From the NCBI GenBank assembly GCA_964424335.1, contig CAYRIY010000008.1, forward strand, positions 1-61,577: a stretch of DNA of 61,577 nt, written 5' to 3'. A program made the position numbers and the translations under genes. This document shows, one piece after another, positions 42,271-52,429 of this stretch. The stretch comes from an uncultured Clostridia bacterium (GTDB lineage Bacteria > Bacillota > Limnochordia > DTU080 > RSA5). Below the pieces are notes generated by a model. That model was not told the origin of the DNA. It saw only the letters and a list, made by a program, of their open reading frames with translations, and did no database searches. Numbering within the stretch: the stretch's first letter is position 1; every line of letters begins with the position of its first letter.

Positions 42271-43575
42271 CTACCTGTTCGACCCGATCGCGCCGATTCC
42301 TTCCGTCCAGCCAGCTCTGCCATGGCGGGAAGCGGGTCCGCAATCTGGGGCATTGGCGCGCATGCGCAGCGCTTCTCCTTTCAAGAACCGCCCAAGTCTG
42401 CGAATCCCTTCCTCGATGTCTTCGTCGGACGCTTGACTGTAGGCCAAGCGGATCGTGTTCTTACCGCTGCCGTCGACGAAGGATGCTCCCCCGCTCACGT
42501 ACGCCACGCGCTCGGTCGCAACGGCCCTAGGAAGGAGCGCTTTGGCGTCCATCTCCTCCGGCAGCGTGACCCAGACAAAAAAGCCGCCCTCAGGGTAGGT
42601 CCACTCGACTTCATCCGGAAAGTGTTCGGCTAATGCCCTCAGCATCAAGTCTCGCTTCTTCCGGTAAACGTCGATGATCGATTTGACGTGCTTATCGATG
42701 AGCCCTCGTCGAGCGCACTCGAGAATGATGCGCTGACCAAATGAGTTGGAGCAAAGGTCGGCGCCCTGCTTTGAGATTGCAAGTTTTTGAATGACAGGCT
42801 CAGGTCCGACCACGTAACCGATGCGAAATCCAGGCAGGAACACCTTGGAGAAGGTGCCGAGGTAGAGCACGTTCTCGCCCGAATCGTACGTGCGGATGTG
42901 CCGCCTTGGCGCTCCGTCGAAACGAAGGTCGCCGTACGGGTTGTCCTCGATGACGCAAAAGCCGTACTCCCTGGCGAGCTCGGCCAGCCGTTCCCGACGA
43001 TCCTCGGACAGGGTCACCCCTGTCGGGTTGTGAAAGTTGGGAACGACGTAACAGAGCTTGACCGGGCCGCCTCCGACCGGACCCCCTTGGGCCAGCACGC
43101 GCTCGAGCTCGTCGACCCGGATGCCGTCGCTGTCCAAGGGTATCGGGGTAAAGCTTGGTTCGTATTGATTGAACGCGGAGATCCCGCCGATATACCCCGG
43201 CTTCTCGACGATGACCGTGTCACCAGGATCGATCGTCACCTTGCCTACGAGGTCGAGCGCTTGTTGGGAGCCGTTGGTCAGCAATACGTTTTCGGCGGTG
43301 CACTCGATCCCTTCGCCGCGGAGTCGCTGCGCCACGCTCTCGCGCAACTCGTAGAGCCCCTCGGTCGGCCCGTACTGGAGGCTGGAGGCTCCAAGGCGGG
43401 ATGCAACCTCGTGCGCCACCTCCGCAATTAGGGCGGTCGGAAACGTCTCCGGCGCCGGAAATCCCCCCGCAAATGAGATGATGTCGCCCCGCTCGGCGAG
43501 TTTGAACGCCTCGCGGATGTCGGAAGCTTTCATGCGCTCCGTTCTCTTGGAGAAAAGTCGCTGCCACGTTTCCAT
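42271..43575 (-). CDS. Class I PLP-dependent aminotransferase (LysN/ARO8-type), putatively alanine-forming
   Basis: ISFAGGFP, LQYGPTEG, TNGSQQALDL, PNFHNPTG, IEDNPY, GTFSK..PGFRIG; no HTH. ATG 43575 after AGGAG. Substrate is inferred only from the T-boxes. Confidence 0.9.
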   Translation of the reverse strand: METWQRLFSKRTERMKASDIREAFKLAERGDIISFAGGFPAPETFPTALIAEVAHEVASRLGASSLQYGPTEGLYELRESVAQRLRGEGIECTAENVLLTNGSQQALDLVGKVTIDPGDTVIVEKPGYIGGISAFNQYEPSFTPIPLDSDGIRVDELERVLAQGGPVGGGPVKLCYVVPNFHNPTGVTLSEDRRERLAELAREYGFCVIEDNPYGDLRFDGAPRRHIRTYDSGENVLYLGTFSKVFLPGFRIGYVVGPEPVIQKLAISKQGADLCSNSFGQRIILECARRGLIDKHVKSIIDVYRKKRDLMLRALAEHFPDEVEWTYPEGGFFVWVTLPEEMDAKALLPRAVATERVAYVSGGASFVDGSGKNTIRLAYSQASDEDIEEGIRRLGRFLKGEALRMRANAPDCGPASRHGRAGWTEGIGAIGSNR

Positions 43576-43602
43576 CGGTTTTCGGCTCCTAAAATGATAA
43601 TC

Positions 43603-43878
43603 AAAAAGGGCCCTCGTCTCGAAAAGCATGCGCCAGAGACGGGGCCCTTTTTACCCGCGGTACCACTCTGATTGCCGGTTGCTTGGCAACCGGCCACTCG
43701 TTAGGGGGCCGATAACGTGGCCCAATCCGGCCGGGTGTTTCGCCCGGCGGCTCGTACATGGCGGCTCGCTCGTTGCGTGGTGCGGCAAGACCCTTTCAGC
43801 CATCGTCCGAATTCGTTCAAGACGGGGGTCTCTCTCTGGACGCCGCTTTCGCAAGGCTTCTCCATCGTCATCGCCGTT
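43603..43878 (-). ncRNA. T-box riboswitch, second of a tandem pair; probable Ala specifier (GCC)
   Basis: GCGATGA...CGAGC GA motif, AGAGAGA bulge, GGCTGAAA loop, GCC-G just before the CCAT/ATGG helix (43763-43765), AGAGTGGTACCGCG (43656-43669), GGGCCCCGTCTC/GAGACGAGGGCCC-T5 terminator. Confidence 0.85.
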
Positions 43879-43964
43879 TGTCATGGTCCCGGCGCCAATG
43901 CCTCATGTCGCCAGGACCTTTGGTCGATCGATCATTTTTATGCGCTGCGCCAAACAGGTACGTC

Positions 43965-44268
43965 AAAACAAAAAAGCTCCCGTCCCCAAATGATTGGGGC
44001 GAGAGCAACGCTTCGCGGTACCACCCAACTTTGACCCGCCGTAAACCAGCAGGTCCTCAAAGGTCATCGTCGCGCATCACGACGATGCTCGGAGGTAACG
44101 GTCCTGGCCATGTGGTGGCCGCACCGGCCGAGGCTACTAAGGGATACTTTTCGCCTCGGCAGCTCAGAGGTGGCGTTCGCAAAAGGCTCCCCGATCGCCC
44201 TCCCACCGTCGGCGACTCGCTCCAAACTACGCGGGAGATTGCCTTGCTACTCTCCTCATCATTGCCGT
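43965..44268 (-). ncRNA. T-box riboswitch, first of a tandem pair; Ala specifier (GCC)
   Basis: GCAATGA/TGAGC GA motif, AGTA/GAA loop E, AGCGAG bulge, GGTGGGA loop, GAAC-GCC-A-CCTC specifier (44172-44174), GGGTGGTACCGCG (44014-44026), GCTCTCGCCCCAA/TTGGGGACGGGAGC-T6GT4 terminator. Confidence 0.9.
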
Positions 44269-44288
44269 TAATGATTGATATGCCATTC

Positions 44289-44318
44289 ACGTTAACATGG
44301 ACGTATGGTTCGTGTCAA
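44289..44318 (-). promoter_or_regulatory. SigA promoter for the tandem T-box leader; its -35 overlaps the argH stop codon
   Basis: Minus strand TTGACA-18 nt-TAACGT with TG extension, about 20 nt upstream of stem I. Confidence 0.6.
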
Positions 44319-45754
44319 CTACTGTTTTCGATTCCGGGAATCACGCGTTCACCCTGCATGGAGGTTGGGGGCGGAACCCGTCTCGTGGCAATGGCTTCCT
44401 TGGCCGCGGCGAGCTGTTCCAAAACCCGCTCGAGCGCGGTGCCTCCGACACAGTTTCTGGTCTTTAGCATCCCTTGCACACTCAATGCGCTCTCCAGGTC
44501 CTCGGCTACATCGAGGCCCAAATGCCGAAAGTCCTGCACGGAGAGGTCCTCGAGCGCAAGGCCCCTCTCGGCGCAGTGCCAAACGGCCTTTCCCACAAGT
44601 TCGTGAGCTTTGCGAAACGGAACGCCGCGCCTTGTGAGATAGTCGGCAAGGTCGGTCGCGTTGAGGTATCCGCCGCGGAGGGCCTCCGCCATGCGATCCT
44701 TTCGAATTCGGAGCGTCCTGACAGTCGGCGCAAGGATGAGAAGGGAGCGCTCGAGCGTATCGACCGAGTCAAAGAGCGCCTCCTTGTCCTCTTGCATATC
44801 CTTGTTGTAGGCAAGCGGCAAGCCCTTCATCGTCGTCAGCAGACCGATGAGGTTGCCAAACAGTCGACCGGTCTTTCCCCGCACAAGTTCAGGGACGTCG
44901 GGGTTTTTCTTTTGGGGCATCATGCTGCTTCCCGTGCTGTAGGCGTCGTCCAGCTCGACAAAGCCAAATTCGGATGTCGCCCAGAGCACGATCTCCTCTG
45001 AAAGCCGGCTCATGTGAACTCCGACGATTGCCGCCGCACCTAAAAACTCGAGCGCGAAGTCTCGATCTGAAACCGCGTCCATGCTGTTTTGAGAGAGTTT
45101 GGCAAATCCAAGCTCCCTCCTTACAAACTCTCGATCGATCGGGAAGGTGGTTCCCGCAATCGCTCCCGACCCCAGCGGGCAGACGTCAACTCGCTTGTAG
45201 CAGTCTCCAAAACGCTCCCGGTCACGCTCGAACATCTCTACGTACGCGAGGAGATGGTGCGCAAGGAGCACGGGTTGCGCGCGCTGCAGGTGCGTGTAAC
45301 CAGGCATCGCGATGCTCGGGTCTTGCTCTGCGAGTTCGATCAGAGCCGCCTCCACCCCGATCAGGGCGTCCTCGATCCGGCGCAGAGCGTCTTTCAAATA
45401 AAGGCGCGTGTCGAGCGCTACTTGATCGTTGCGGCTGCGCGCAGTGTGCAGCTTTCTACCGACGTCTCCGACGCGCTCGATCAGCAGCCGCTCCACGTTC
45501 ATGTGAATATCTTCGCTTGCGGTGGAGAGCTCCGCCCGCCCTTGCACGATCTCCTCGTGCACTTGGTCCAGCCCGCTGCAGATCAGTTCTGCTTCGTGGT
45601 CCTGGATGATCCCGCAGTGAGCCAGCATTCGGGCGTGCGCCTTGCTGCCTTGGATGTCGTACGGCAAAAGCCTGTAGTCAAATCCGATCGATGAGTGGAA
45701 ATCGTCGACCTGTTCGTCGGTGTCTTTGGTGAAACGACCGCCCCACATCTTCAC
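44315..45754 (-). CDS. argH: Argininosuccinate lyase
   Basis: MWGGRF, HTARSRNDQV, PGYTHLQRAQP, GSSMMPQKKNPD, YNKDMQEDK. Confidence 0.97.
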   Translation of the reverse strand: MKMWGGRFTKDTDEQVDDFHSSIGFDYRLLPYDIQGSKAHARMLAHCGIIQDHEAELICSGLDQVHEEIVQGRAELSTASEDIHMNVERLLIERVGDVGRKLHTARSRNDQVALDTRLYLKDALRRIEDALIGVEAALIELAEQDPSIAMPGYTHLQRAQPVLLAHHLLAYVEMFERDRERFGDCYKRVDVCPLGSGAIAGTTFPIDREFVRRELGFAKLSQNSMDAVSDRDFALEFLGAAAIVGVHMSRLSEEIVLWATSEFGFVELDDAYSTGSSMMPQKKNPDVPELVRGKTGRLFGNLIGLLTTMKGLPLAYNKDMQEDKEALFDSVDTLERSLLILAPTVRTLRIRKDRMAEALRGGYLNATDLADYLTRRGVPFRKAHELVGKAVWHCAERGLALEDLSVQDFRHLGLDVAEDLESALSVQGMLKTRNCVGGTALERVLEQLAAAKEAIATRRVPPPTSMQGERVIPGIENSS

Positions 45755-45756
45755 GG

Positions 45757-46992
45757 TTACGCAGCACCCGCCCCAGGACCTCGAGAAGCGCGGGCATGAA
45801 GGTTGGCGCGCACTTTGATGGGAAGGCCAAACAGGTTGATGAACCCGGCAGAATCCCGCTGATCGTACACGGCGTCTGCGCCAAACGTCGCGAGCTCCGG
45901 GTCGTATAGAGAAAGATCCGCCTCCCTCGCGACCACGTCCGCCCGGCCTTTGAAGAGCCTAACTTTGGCCCAGCCGGTGAGCGCGCTTTGCGTGGAATCG
46001 ACGAACGCGTCCAGAGCCTCCCTTAGCGGCGTGAACCACTGGCCGTTGTAGACCAACTCGGCATACCGCTCTGCGACCAGCGCCTTGAAGTGAAGCGTAT
46101 CTTTGTCGAGGACGAGCTCTTCGAGGGCCTGGTGCGCAGCATAAAGGATCGTGCCGCCCGGCGTCTCATAGACGCCTCGGGACTTCATCCCCACGAGCCG
46201 ATTTTCGACGATGTCGACTCGCCCTACTCCGTGGCGAGCGCCGGCGTCATTAAGCCGCTCGAGCAGGGTAACGGGATCGAGCCTCTCGCCGTCGATCCCC
46301 GTCGGGTATCCCGACTCGAATGAGACGGTCACATACTCCGGATCGTCCGGAGCCGCCGCAGGCGAGACCGTCCACCGGAACATGTCCTCGGACGGCTCGT
46401 TCCTCGGGTCCTCGAGGACGCCTCCTTCGTAGCTGATGTGCCACAAATTCCGATCCATGCTGTAAGGCTTCTCGCGCGTGACGGGAACCGGAATGCCGTG
46501 ACGTTCGGCGTACTCGATTTCGTCCTCCCGAGATTTCAGCTCCCACTCGCGCCAAGGCGCGATGACCGGGAGCTCAGGGGCGAGCGCCTTGAACGTCAGC
46601 TCAAACCGGACCTGATCGTTGCCCTTGCCGGTACATCCGTGGGAGAGCGCGTCCGCGCCGATCGCCTTGGCGATTTCGACCTGGCGCTTTGCGATGATGG
46701 GCCGGGCGATCGACGTACCGAGGAGGTACTTGCGCTCGTATACGGCGCCGGCCCTCAAGGTGGGAAACACGTACTCCCGCAGGAACTCCTCTCGAAGATC
46801 TTCGACGTACACCCCGGTCGCGCCGCTAGCAAGGGCTTTTTCGCGAATTCCGTCCAACTCGTCCCCTTGCCCGACATCGGCCGCCATTGCGATCACTTCG
46901 CATCCATACTTCTCTTTCAGCCAGGGAATAATCACGGACGTGTCCAGCCCACCCGAGTACGCCAATACGACCTTTCGATAAGTTCCTGTCAA
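45757..46992 (-). CDS. argG: Argininosuccinate synthase
   Basis: [44 protein letters not shown] 46992 overlaps the carB stop. Confidence 0.97.
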   Translation of the reverse strand: MTGTYRKVVLAYSGGLDTSVIIPWLKEKYGCEVIAMAADVGQGDELDGIREKALASGATGVYVEDLREEFLREYVFPTLRAGAVYERKYLLGTSIARPIIAKRQVEIAKAIGADALSHGCTGKGNDQVRFELTFKALAPELPVIAPWREWELKSREDEIEYAERHGIPVPVTREKPYSMDRNLWHISYEGGVLEDPRNEPSEDMFRWTVSPAAAPDDPEYVTVSFESGYPTGIDGERLDPVTLLERLNDAGARHGVGRVDIVENRLVGMKSRGVYETPGGTILYAAHQALEELVLDKDTLHFKALVAERYAELVYNGQWFTPLREALDAFVDSTQSALTGWAKVRLFKGRADVVAREADLSLYDPELATFGADAVYDQRDSAGFINLFGLPIKVRANLHARASRGPGAGAA

Positions 46993-49900
46993 TGAGCCAC
47001 TCTCCTCGCATCTAAATAGTCGTTGAGGGCGCGCACGCCGAGATCTTCCCCGACCTGGCGCGTCCTGATTACTGAAATGAGTGCGTTCGCCGTATCGAGC
47101 GCCGTGAGGCACGGCACCCGAAACTCGACCGCGGCCCTGCGCATCTGAAATCCGTTTCGCTTGGGAACCTTCCCCCTCGTCGGGGTGTTTAAGAGGAGGT
47201 CCACCTTGCCGCTGCGGATCACCTCGACGACGTTTGGATGGCCTTCCCCGATCTTGTGCACCCGTTCGACAGGAATCCCCATCTCATCGAGGAGCGCCGC
47301 CGTTCCCTCCGTCGCCATAAACCGATAGCCCAGCTCGTGGAATGCCGCGAGCGTCGCTCGCCCCTCTTCCTTGTCCTTGTCCGCCAAGGTGGCAAGGATG
47401 CATCCCTTTTCGGGCACGTCGGCGCCCGAGGCGACGATCGCCTTGTAAAGGGCCCTTGGATAATCGGAATCGATCCCCAGCACCTCGCCTGTCGACTTCA
47501 TCTCAGGTCCGAGGAAGACGTCGACGGCTCCCAACTTCTCGAAGGAGAATACGGGCGCTTTCACCGTCACGTACGGCGGCACGGGCGCTAGGCCGCCCTG
47601 GTGCCCTTGTTCGAGGAGGGTTTCGCCCAGCATCGCCCTAGTGGCGAGCTCCACCATCGGGATGCCCGTCACCTTGGAGAGAATCGGAACGGTGCGGCTT
47701 GCCCTCGGGTTTACCTCGAGCACGTACACCTTGCCTTCGTGGATGACGTACTGGATGTTGACGAGGCCCACCACGCCGAGTTCCCGTGCGATGGCGATCG
47801 TGTAGTCGACGATCTGTTGCTGCGCACGCTCGCTCACCGTTTGGGGCGGGAAGACGGCCGACGAGTCGCCCGAGTGGACACCGGCACGCTCCACGTGTTC
47901 CATGATGCCGGGAATGAGAACGGTCTGGCCGTCCGAAATGGCGTCGACCTCGACCTCTTTCCCGGCCAGGTACCGGTCGATCAGCACCGGGTGCTTTGAG
48001 TTGACCGCCACGGCAAACTTCATGTACTCGAAAAGCTCGCTCTCGTTGTGAACGATCTCCATCGCCCGGCCGCCGAGCACGTACGAGGGGCGCACCACGA
48101 CGGGAAAGCCGATTTTATAGGCGACGCCGATCGCTTCCTCCACCGACGTCACGGCCTTCCCCTCGGATTGCGGAATGCCCAAACGGCTGAGGAACTTCTC
48201 AAACTTATCCCGGTCCTCGGCAAGGTCGATCGCTTCCACGGGCGTTCCCAAGATCTTGACTCCGGCTTCTTTTAGCGCCCCCGCCAGGTTGATCGCCGTT
48301 TGCCCGCCAAACTGCACGGCGACGCCCTCGGGCCGCTCTTTGTCGATGATGTTCAGCACGTCTTCGAGCGCCAAAGGCTCGAAATAGAGCCGATCGGACG
48401 TGTCGAAGTCCGTGGAGACCGTCTCGGGGTTGTTGTTTACGATGATCGACTCGACGCCCGCTTTCTTGATCGCCCACACCGAGTGCACGGAGCAGTAGTC
48501 AAACTCGACGCCTTGTCCGATGCGAATCGGCCCCGAGCCGAGCACCAGCACCTTTCGCTCCGTGGAGGCGGCGACTTCGTCTTCCGTCCCGTACGTCGAG
48601 TAGTAGTACGGAGTCTGCGCCTCAAACTCGGCGGCGCACGTATCGACCGTCTTGTACACGGGCGTGATGCCCGACTGTTTGCGGGCCGCTCGGAACGCGC
48701 CTTCCTCCATGCCAAGGAGCGACGCAATGTGTTCATCGGCAAAGCCGAAGTCTTTGGCCTTGCTGATCAAGCCTGAGAGCCGCTCGTCCCAAGGTCCGCC
48801 GCGCATCGATTCCAACTCGGCCTCGAGCTCGACGATCCCGCGAATCTTGTTCAAAAACCACCTGTCGATCTTGGTGATCTCGTGGATCTCGTCAACGCTC
48901 ACCCCGCGGCGGAGCGCCTCGGCCACCACAAAGAGCCGCTCGTCGTCCGAGATGGGGAGCCGCCGCCGTGTCTCCTCGAGCGTCCACGATTCGGCGCCTT
49001 TCACCCGCAATGAGACGAGGCCGATTTCAAGCGAGCGCACGGCCTTGTGCAGCGCCCCTTCGAAGGTCCGGTCGATCGCCATCACTTCGCCGGTCGCCTT
49101 CATCTGCGTCCCGAGCACCCTGTCCGCGGTCACGAACTTATCAAAGGGCCAGCGCGGAAACTTGAGGACGCAGTAGTCGAGCGTCGGCTCGAAACAAGCC
49201 GTCGTCTTTTGGGTGACGGCATTCTCGATCTCATCGAGCCGAAGGCCGATCGCAATCTTTGCTGCAACGCGGGCAATCGGGTAGCCGGTCGCTTTCGAAG
49301 CCAATGCCGACGAACGGCTCACCCTGGGATTCACTTCAATCACGCAATACTCATAGCTGTCGGGCGCCAACGCGAACTGCACGTTGCAACCGCCCTCGAT
49401 CCCGAGGTGGCGGATGATCTTCAGCGATGCGGTTCGCAGCATCTGATACTCTTTGTCTGCGAGCGTCTGGCTCGGCGCGACGACGATGGAGTCGCCCGTA
49501 TGGATGCCGATCGGGTCGACGTTCTCCATGTTGCATATCGTGATGCAGTTGTCGGCCCCGTCCCGAATCACCTCGTACTCGATCTCTTTCCAACCGGCGA
49601 CGCTCTTGTCGAGCAGAACTTGGCGCACCGGACTGTTGTTTAGCCCCCGCGCCACGATCTCCTCGAGCCGCTCCTCGTCGGTGACGATGCCCCCACCGGT
49701 GCCGCCGAGGGTAAATGCCGGACGAGCGATCAGCGGATAGCCTGTTTGAGCGGCAAAGGCCTTGGCTTCTTCGAGCGAGTGGACGATCGTGCTTTCAGGC
49801 ACGGGCTCGCCGATCTGTTCCATGGCTTCCTTAAAGAGCTGCCGATCTTCGGCGGTTTGGATCGCGGAGAGCGGCGTCCCAAGGAGTTTGACGCCGAACT

Positions 49901-50228
49901 TGTCAAGGACGCCGCTCTCAGAGAGTTTTACGGCCAGGTTGAGGCCGGTCTGCCCGCCGAGGGTAGGCAACAGGCCATCAGGCCGTTCTTTCTCGATCAC
50001 TTTCGCCGCGAACTCTAAGGTGAGCGGTTCGAGGTAGACTCGGTCCGCGACGTCGGGGTCGGTCATGATCGTCGCGGGGTTCGAGTTCATCAAGATCACC
50101 TCGATGCCCTCTTCCCGCAGCGCTTTGCACGCCTGTGTCCCGGCGTAGTCGAACTCAGCCGCCTGTCCGATGATGATGGGGCCTGAGCCGATGACCATGA
50201 CTCGTTTTAGCCCGTGCTGCTTTGGCAC
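46989..50228 (-). CDS. carB: Carbamoyl-phosphate synthase large subunit
   Basis: [36 protein letters not shown], second ATP-grasp half ([15 protein letters not shown]), MGS domain. GTG 50228 after GAGGAG. Confidence 0.97.
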   Translation of the reverse strand: MPKQHGLKRVMVIGSGPIIIGQAAEFDYAGTQACKALREEGIEVILMNSNPATIMTDPDVADRVYLEPLTLEFAAKVIEKERPDGLLPTLGGQTGLNLAVKLSESGVLDKFGVKLLGTPLSAIQTAEDRQLFKEAMEQIGEPVPESTIVHSLEEAKAFAAQTGYPLIARPAFTLGGTGGGIVTDEERLEEIVARGLNNSPVRQVLLDKSVAGWKEIEYEVIRDGADNCITICNMENVDPIGIHTGDSIVVAPSQTLADKEYQMLRTASLKIIRHLGIEGGCNVQFALAPDSYEYCVIEVNPRVSRSSALASKATGYPIARVAAKIAIGLRLDEIENAVTQKTTACFEPTLDYCVLKFPRWPFDKFVTADRVLGTQMKATGEVMAIDRTFEGALHKAVRSLEIGLVSLRVKGAESWTLEETRRRLPISDDERLFVVAEALRRGVSVDEIHEITKIDRWFLNKIRGIVELEAELESMRGGPWDERLSGLISKAKDFGFADEHIASLLGMEEGAFRAARKQSGITPVYKTVDTCAAEFEAQTPYYYSTYGTEDEVAASTERKVLVLGSGPIRIGQGVEFDYCSVHSVWAIKKAGVESIIVNNNPETVSTDFDTSDRLYFEPLALEDVLNIIDKERPEGVAVQFGGQTAINLAGALKEAGVKILGTPVEAIDLAEDRDKFEKFLSRLGIPQSEGKAVTSVEEAIGVAYKIGFPVVVRPSYVLGGRAMEIVHNESELFEYMKFAVAVNSKHPVLIDRYLAGKEVEVDAISDGQTVLIPGIMEHVERAGVHSGDSSAVFPPQTVSERAQQQIVDYTIAIARELGVVGLVNIQYVIHEGKVYVLEVNPRASRTVPILSKVTGIPMVELATRAMLGETLLEQGHQGGLAPVPPYVTVKAPVFSFEKLGAVDVFLGPEMKSTGEVLGIDSDYPRALYKAIVASGADVPEKGCILATLADKDKEEGRATLAAFHELGYRFMATEGTAALLDEMGIPVERVHKIGEGHPNVVEVIRSGKVDLLLNTPTRGKVPKRNGFQMRRAAVEFRVPCLTALDTANALISVIRTRQVGEDLGVRALNDYLDARRVAH

Positions 50229-51439
50229 GCCGACGCACACTCCTCAAATACTTCGTCCAAAATCGCAATCGCTTGCCGGATCTCGTCATCCGATATGACA
50301 AGCGGGGGCAGTAGGCGCAACACCTTGTTTCCAATCACGTTGACCAGAAGTCCGCGCGCAAGGCAGGCCTCGTACACCTGGCCCCCGGGCACGTTCAACT
50401 CGACGCCGATCATGAGGCCCTTGCCTCTCCGACCTGAGACGACGGCAGGATGCCGCTCCGCAAGGGCGTCCAACGCTTCATTGAACGTGGACGCAGCCCG
50501 GCGGGACGCTTCGAGGACGCCGTCGCTGTAAAGAGCGTCGAGCACGGCAAGGGCCGCCCTCGTCGCGAGAAAGTTTCCTCCAAAGGTGGAAGCGTGACTT
50601 CCCGGCTCAAATCCGATCGACACGCGCTCGGTGGCCAGCGTGGCTCCGATCGGAACGCCGCCGCCCAAAGCTTTGGCGAGCGTGCAGATGTCCGCCCGTA
50701 TGCCGTAGTGTTCGGCCGCCAGGAACGTACCGGTTCTGCCTACCCCAGTTTGCACCTCGTCGAGGATCAACAAGGCGCCCCGCTCGTTACACAGGTCCCG
50801 AGCGTACTTTAGGTACTCGTCGGTGCAAGGATTCACGCCGCCCTCGCCTTGGATCGGCTCGAGCATGACCGCGGCCGTCTTCTCCGTAACCGCATCGCCA
50901 AGCGCTTTCAAGTCGTTCAGGGGCACGTACTTAAATCCCTCGGGCAGCGGCTCGAAGCCCTCGTGGTACTTGGGCTGACCGGTTGCCGCGACCGTGGCAA
51001 GCGTCCGCCCGTGAAACGAGCCTAGCGCCGTCACGATCTCGTATCGCTGAGCCGACCCGACCTTTCGGTGGTACCTGCGGGCCAATTTGATCGCCGCCTC
51101 GTTCGCCTCGGCTCCGCTGTTGCAAAAGAACGTCCGGTCAAAACCCGTGATCTCCTTTAGCCTTGCGGCAAGGCGCGCCTGCGGCTCGATGTAGTATAAA
51201 TTTGACGTATGGATCAACGTATCGGCCGCTTCCAATATGGCCTGACGGATCCTCGGGTGGCCGTGTCCGAGCGAATTGACCGCAAGTCCTGTCAACAAGT
51301 CGAGGTACTCCCGCCCGTCGGCGTCCCAGAGCTTTGCTCCCTGGCCGCGGACGAATGCCACCTTGACTCGCCCATAGGTATGCATCACCGCCGCATCGCT
51401 CAGTTGAAAGATCTCTTGCGAAAAGGTCGCAGCGCTCAT
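50207..51439 (-). CDS. argD: Acetylornithine aminotransferase
   Basis: [51 protein letters not shown]. Confidence 0.95.
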   Translation of the reverse strand: MSAATFSQEIFQLSDAAVMHTYGRVKVAFVRGQGAKLWDADGREYLDLLTGLAVNSLGHGHPRIRQAILEAADTLIHTSNLYYIEPQARLAARLKEITGFDRTFFCNSGAEANEAAIKLARRYHRKVGSAQRYEIVTALGSFHGRTLATVAATGQPKYHEGFEPLPEGFKYVPLNDLKALGDAVTEKTAAVMLEPIQGEGGVNPCTDEYLKYARDLCNERGALLILDEVQTGVGRTGTFLAAEHYGIRADICTLAKALGGGVPIGATLATERVSIGFEPGSHASTFGGNFLATRAALAVLDALYSDGVLEASRRAASTFNEALDALAERHPAVVSGRRGKGLMIGVELNVPGGQVYEACLARGLLVNVIGNKVLRLLPPLVISDDEIRQAIAILDEVFEECASACQSSTG

Positions 51440-51511
51440 CGCTTGAATCACCCTCCACCCTTTTTGTTTCGTGCATGTACTTTGCCGGCCATCGCCAAAG
51501 GTTGGTCGCAA

Positions 51512-52408
51512 TTAGTTGACCACCATCGTGCCGATGCCGCGGTCCGTGAAGATCTCCAGCAAGAGCGAGTGCATCGTGCGCCCGTCGATGATGTGCGTGC
51601 GGGCGACGCCTGCCTCCAGCGCCTTGATGCACGCTTCCACTTTCGGGATCATGCCGCCGTCGATCTTTCCTTCTTCGATCATCTTGTGCGCCCGGTCGAT
51701 CTGGAGCGCCGAGATCAGCGTCTCGGGGTCTTTCGGCTCTTCGAAAATCCCCTCCACGTCGGTCAACATGATGAGCTTATCCGCTTTGAGCGCTGCCGCC
51801 AGGGCGCCGGCGACCGCGTCGGCGTTGATGTTGTAGCTCTCACCGTCGAGCCCGACGCCCACCGATGAAACAACGGGTATGTATCCTTCGTTTGAAAGGA
51901 GCCTCACCGCGTCGGTGTTCACGGCCTCCACGTCCCCGACGAAACCTAGGTCCACTTCTTTCGGGCTTCCGTTCCCGCCCGAAACATCGATCGCCCTTGT
52001 CCGCTTTTTCGCGATAACAAGGTTGCCGTCTTTGCCGGAGAGGCCGATCGCCTTTCCCCCAAACTTGTTGATCAAGGAGACGATCTCTTGATTCACCTTT
52101 CCGACCAAGACCATCTGAACGATTTCCATGGTCTCTTCGTCGGTCACGCGGTGTCCGCCGACAAACTGCGGTTCCTTTCCAAGTCGCTTCATCAGTTGGT
52201 CGATCTCAGGCCCCCCTCCGTGCACGATCACGGGGTTGAGCCCGACGTACTTGAGCAGGATCACGTCGAGCATGACGGCTTTTTTGAGCTCGGGATCCTT
52301 CATGGCGTTCCCGCCGTACTTGATCACGAACGTCTTGCCAAAAAAGCTGCGAATGTAAGGGAGCGCCTCAATCAAAACGTTGGCCCGTTCAACGAGTCCG
52401 TTCATCAT
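51512..52408 (-). CDS. argB: Acetylglutamate kinase
   Basis: EALPYI, VIKYGGNA, VHGGGP, YNINAD, GGMIPK. Confidence 0.97.
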   Translation of the reverse strand: MMNGLVERANVLIEALPYIRSFFGKTFVIKYGGNAMKDPELKKAVMLDVILLKYVGLNPVIVHGGGPEIDQLMKRLGKEPQFVGGHRVTDEETMEIVQMVLVGKVNQEIVSLINKFGGKAIGLSGKDGNLVIAKKRTRAIDVSGGNGSPKEVDLGFVGDVEAVNTDAVRLLSNEGYIPVVSSVGVGLDGESYNINADAVAGALAAALKADKLIMLTDVEGIFEEPKDPETLISALQIDRAHKMIEEGKIDGGMIPKVEACIKALEAGVARTHIIDGRTMHSLLLEIFTDRGIGTMVVN

Positions 52409-52429
52409 CTTCGCGTGCCTCCTAGCCGG

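Noticed and set aside
44172-44178. Alternative CGC (Arg) specifier reading of the first tandem T-box, tempting because it follows argH
   Set aside because: GCC is the triplet immediately 5' of the final unpaired purine (GAAC-GCC-A, the same register as the Leu T-box here), and the second T-box also gives GCC. Arg is disfavoured but not formally excluded.
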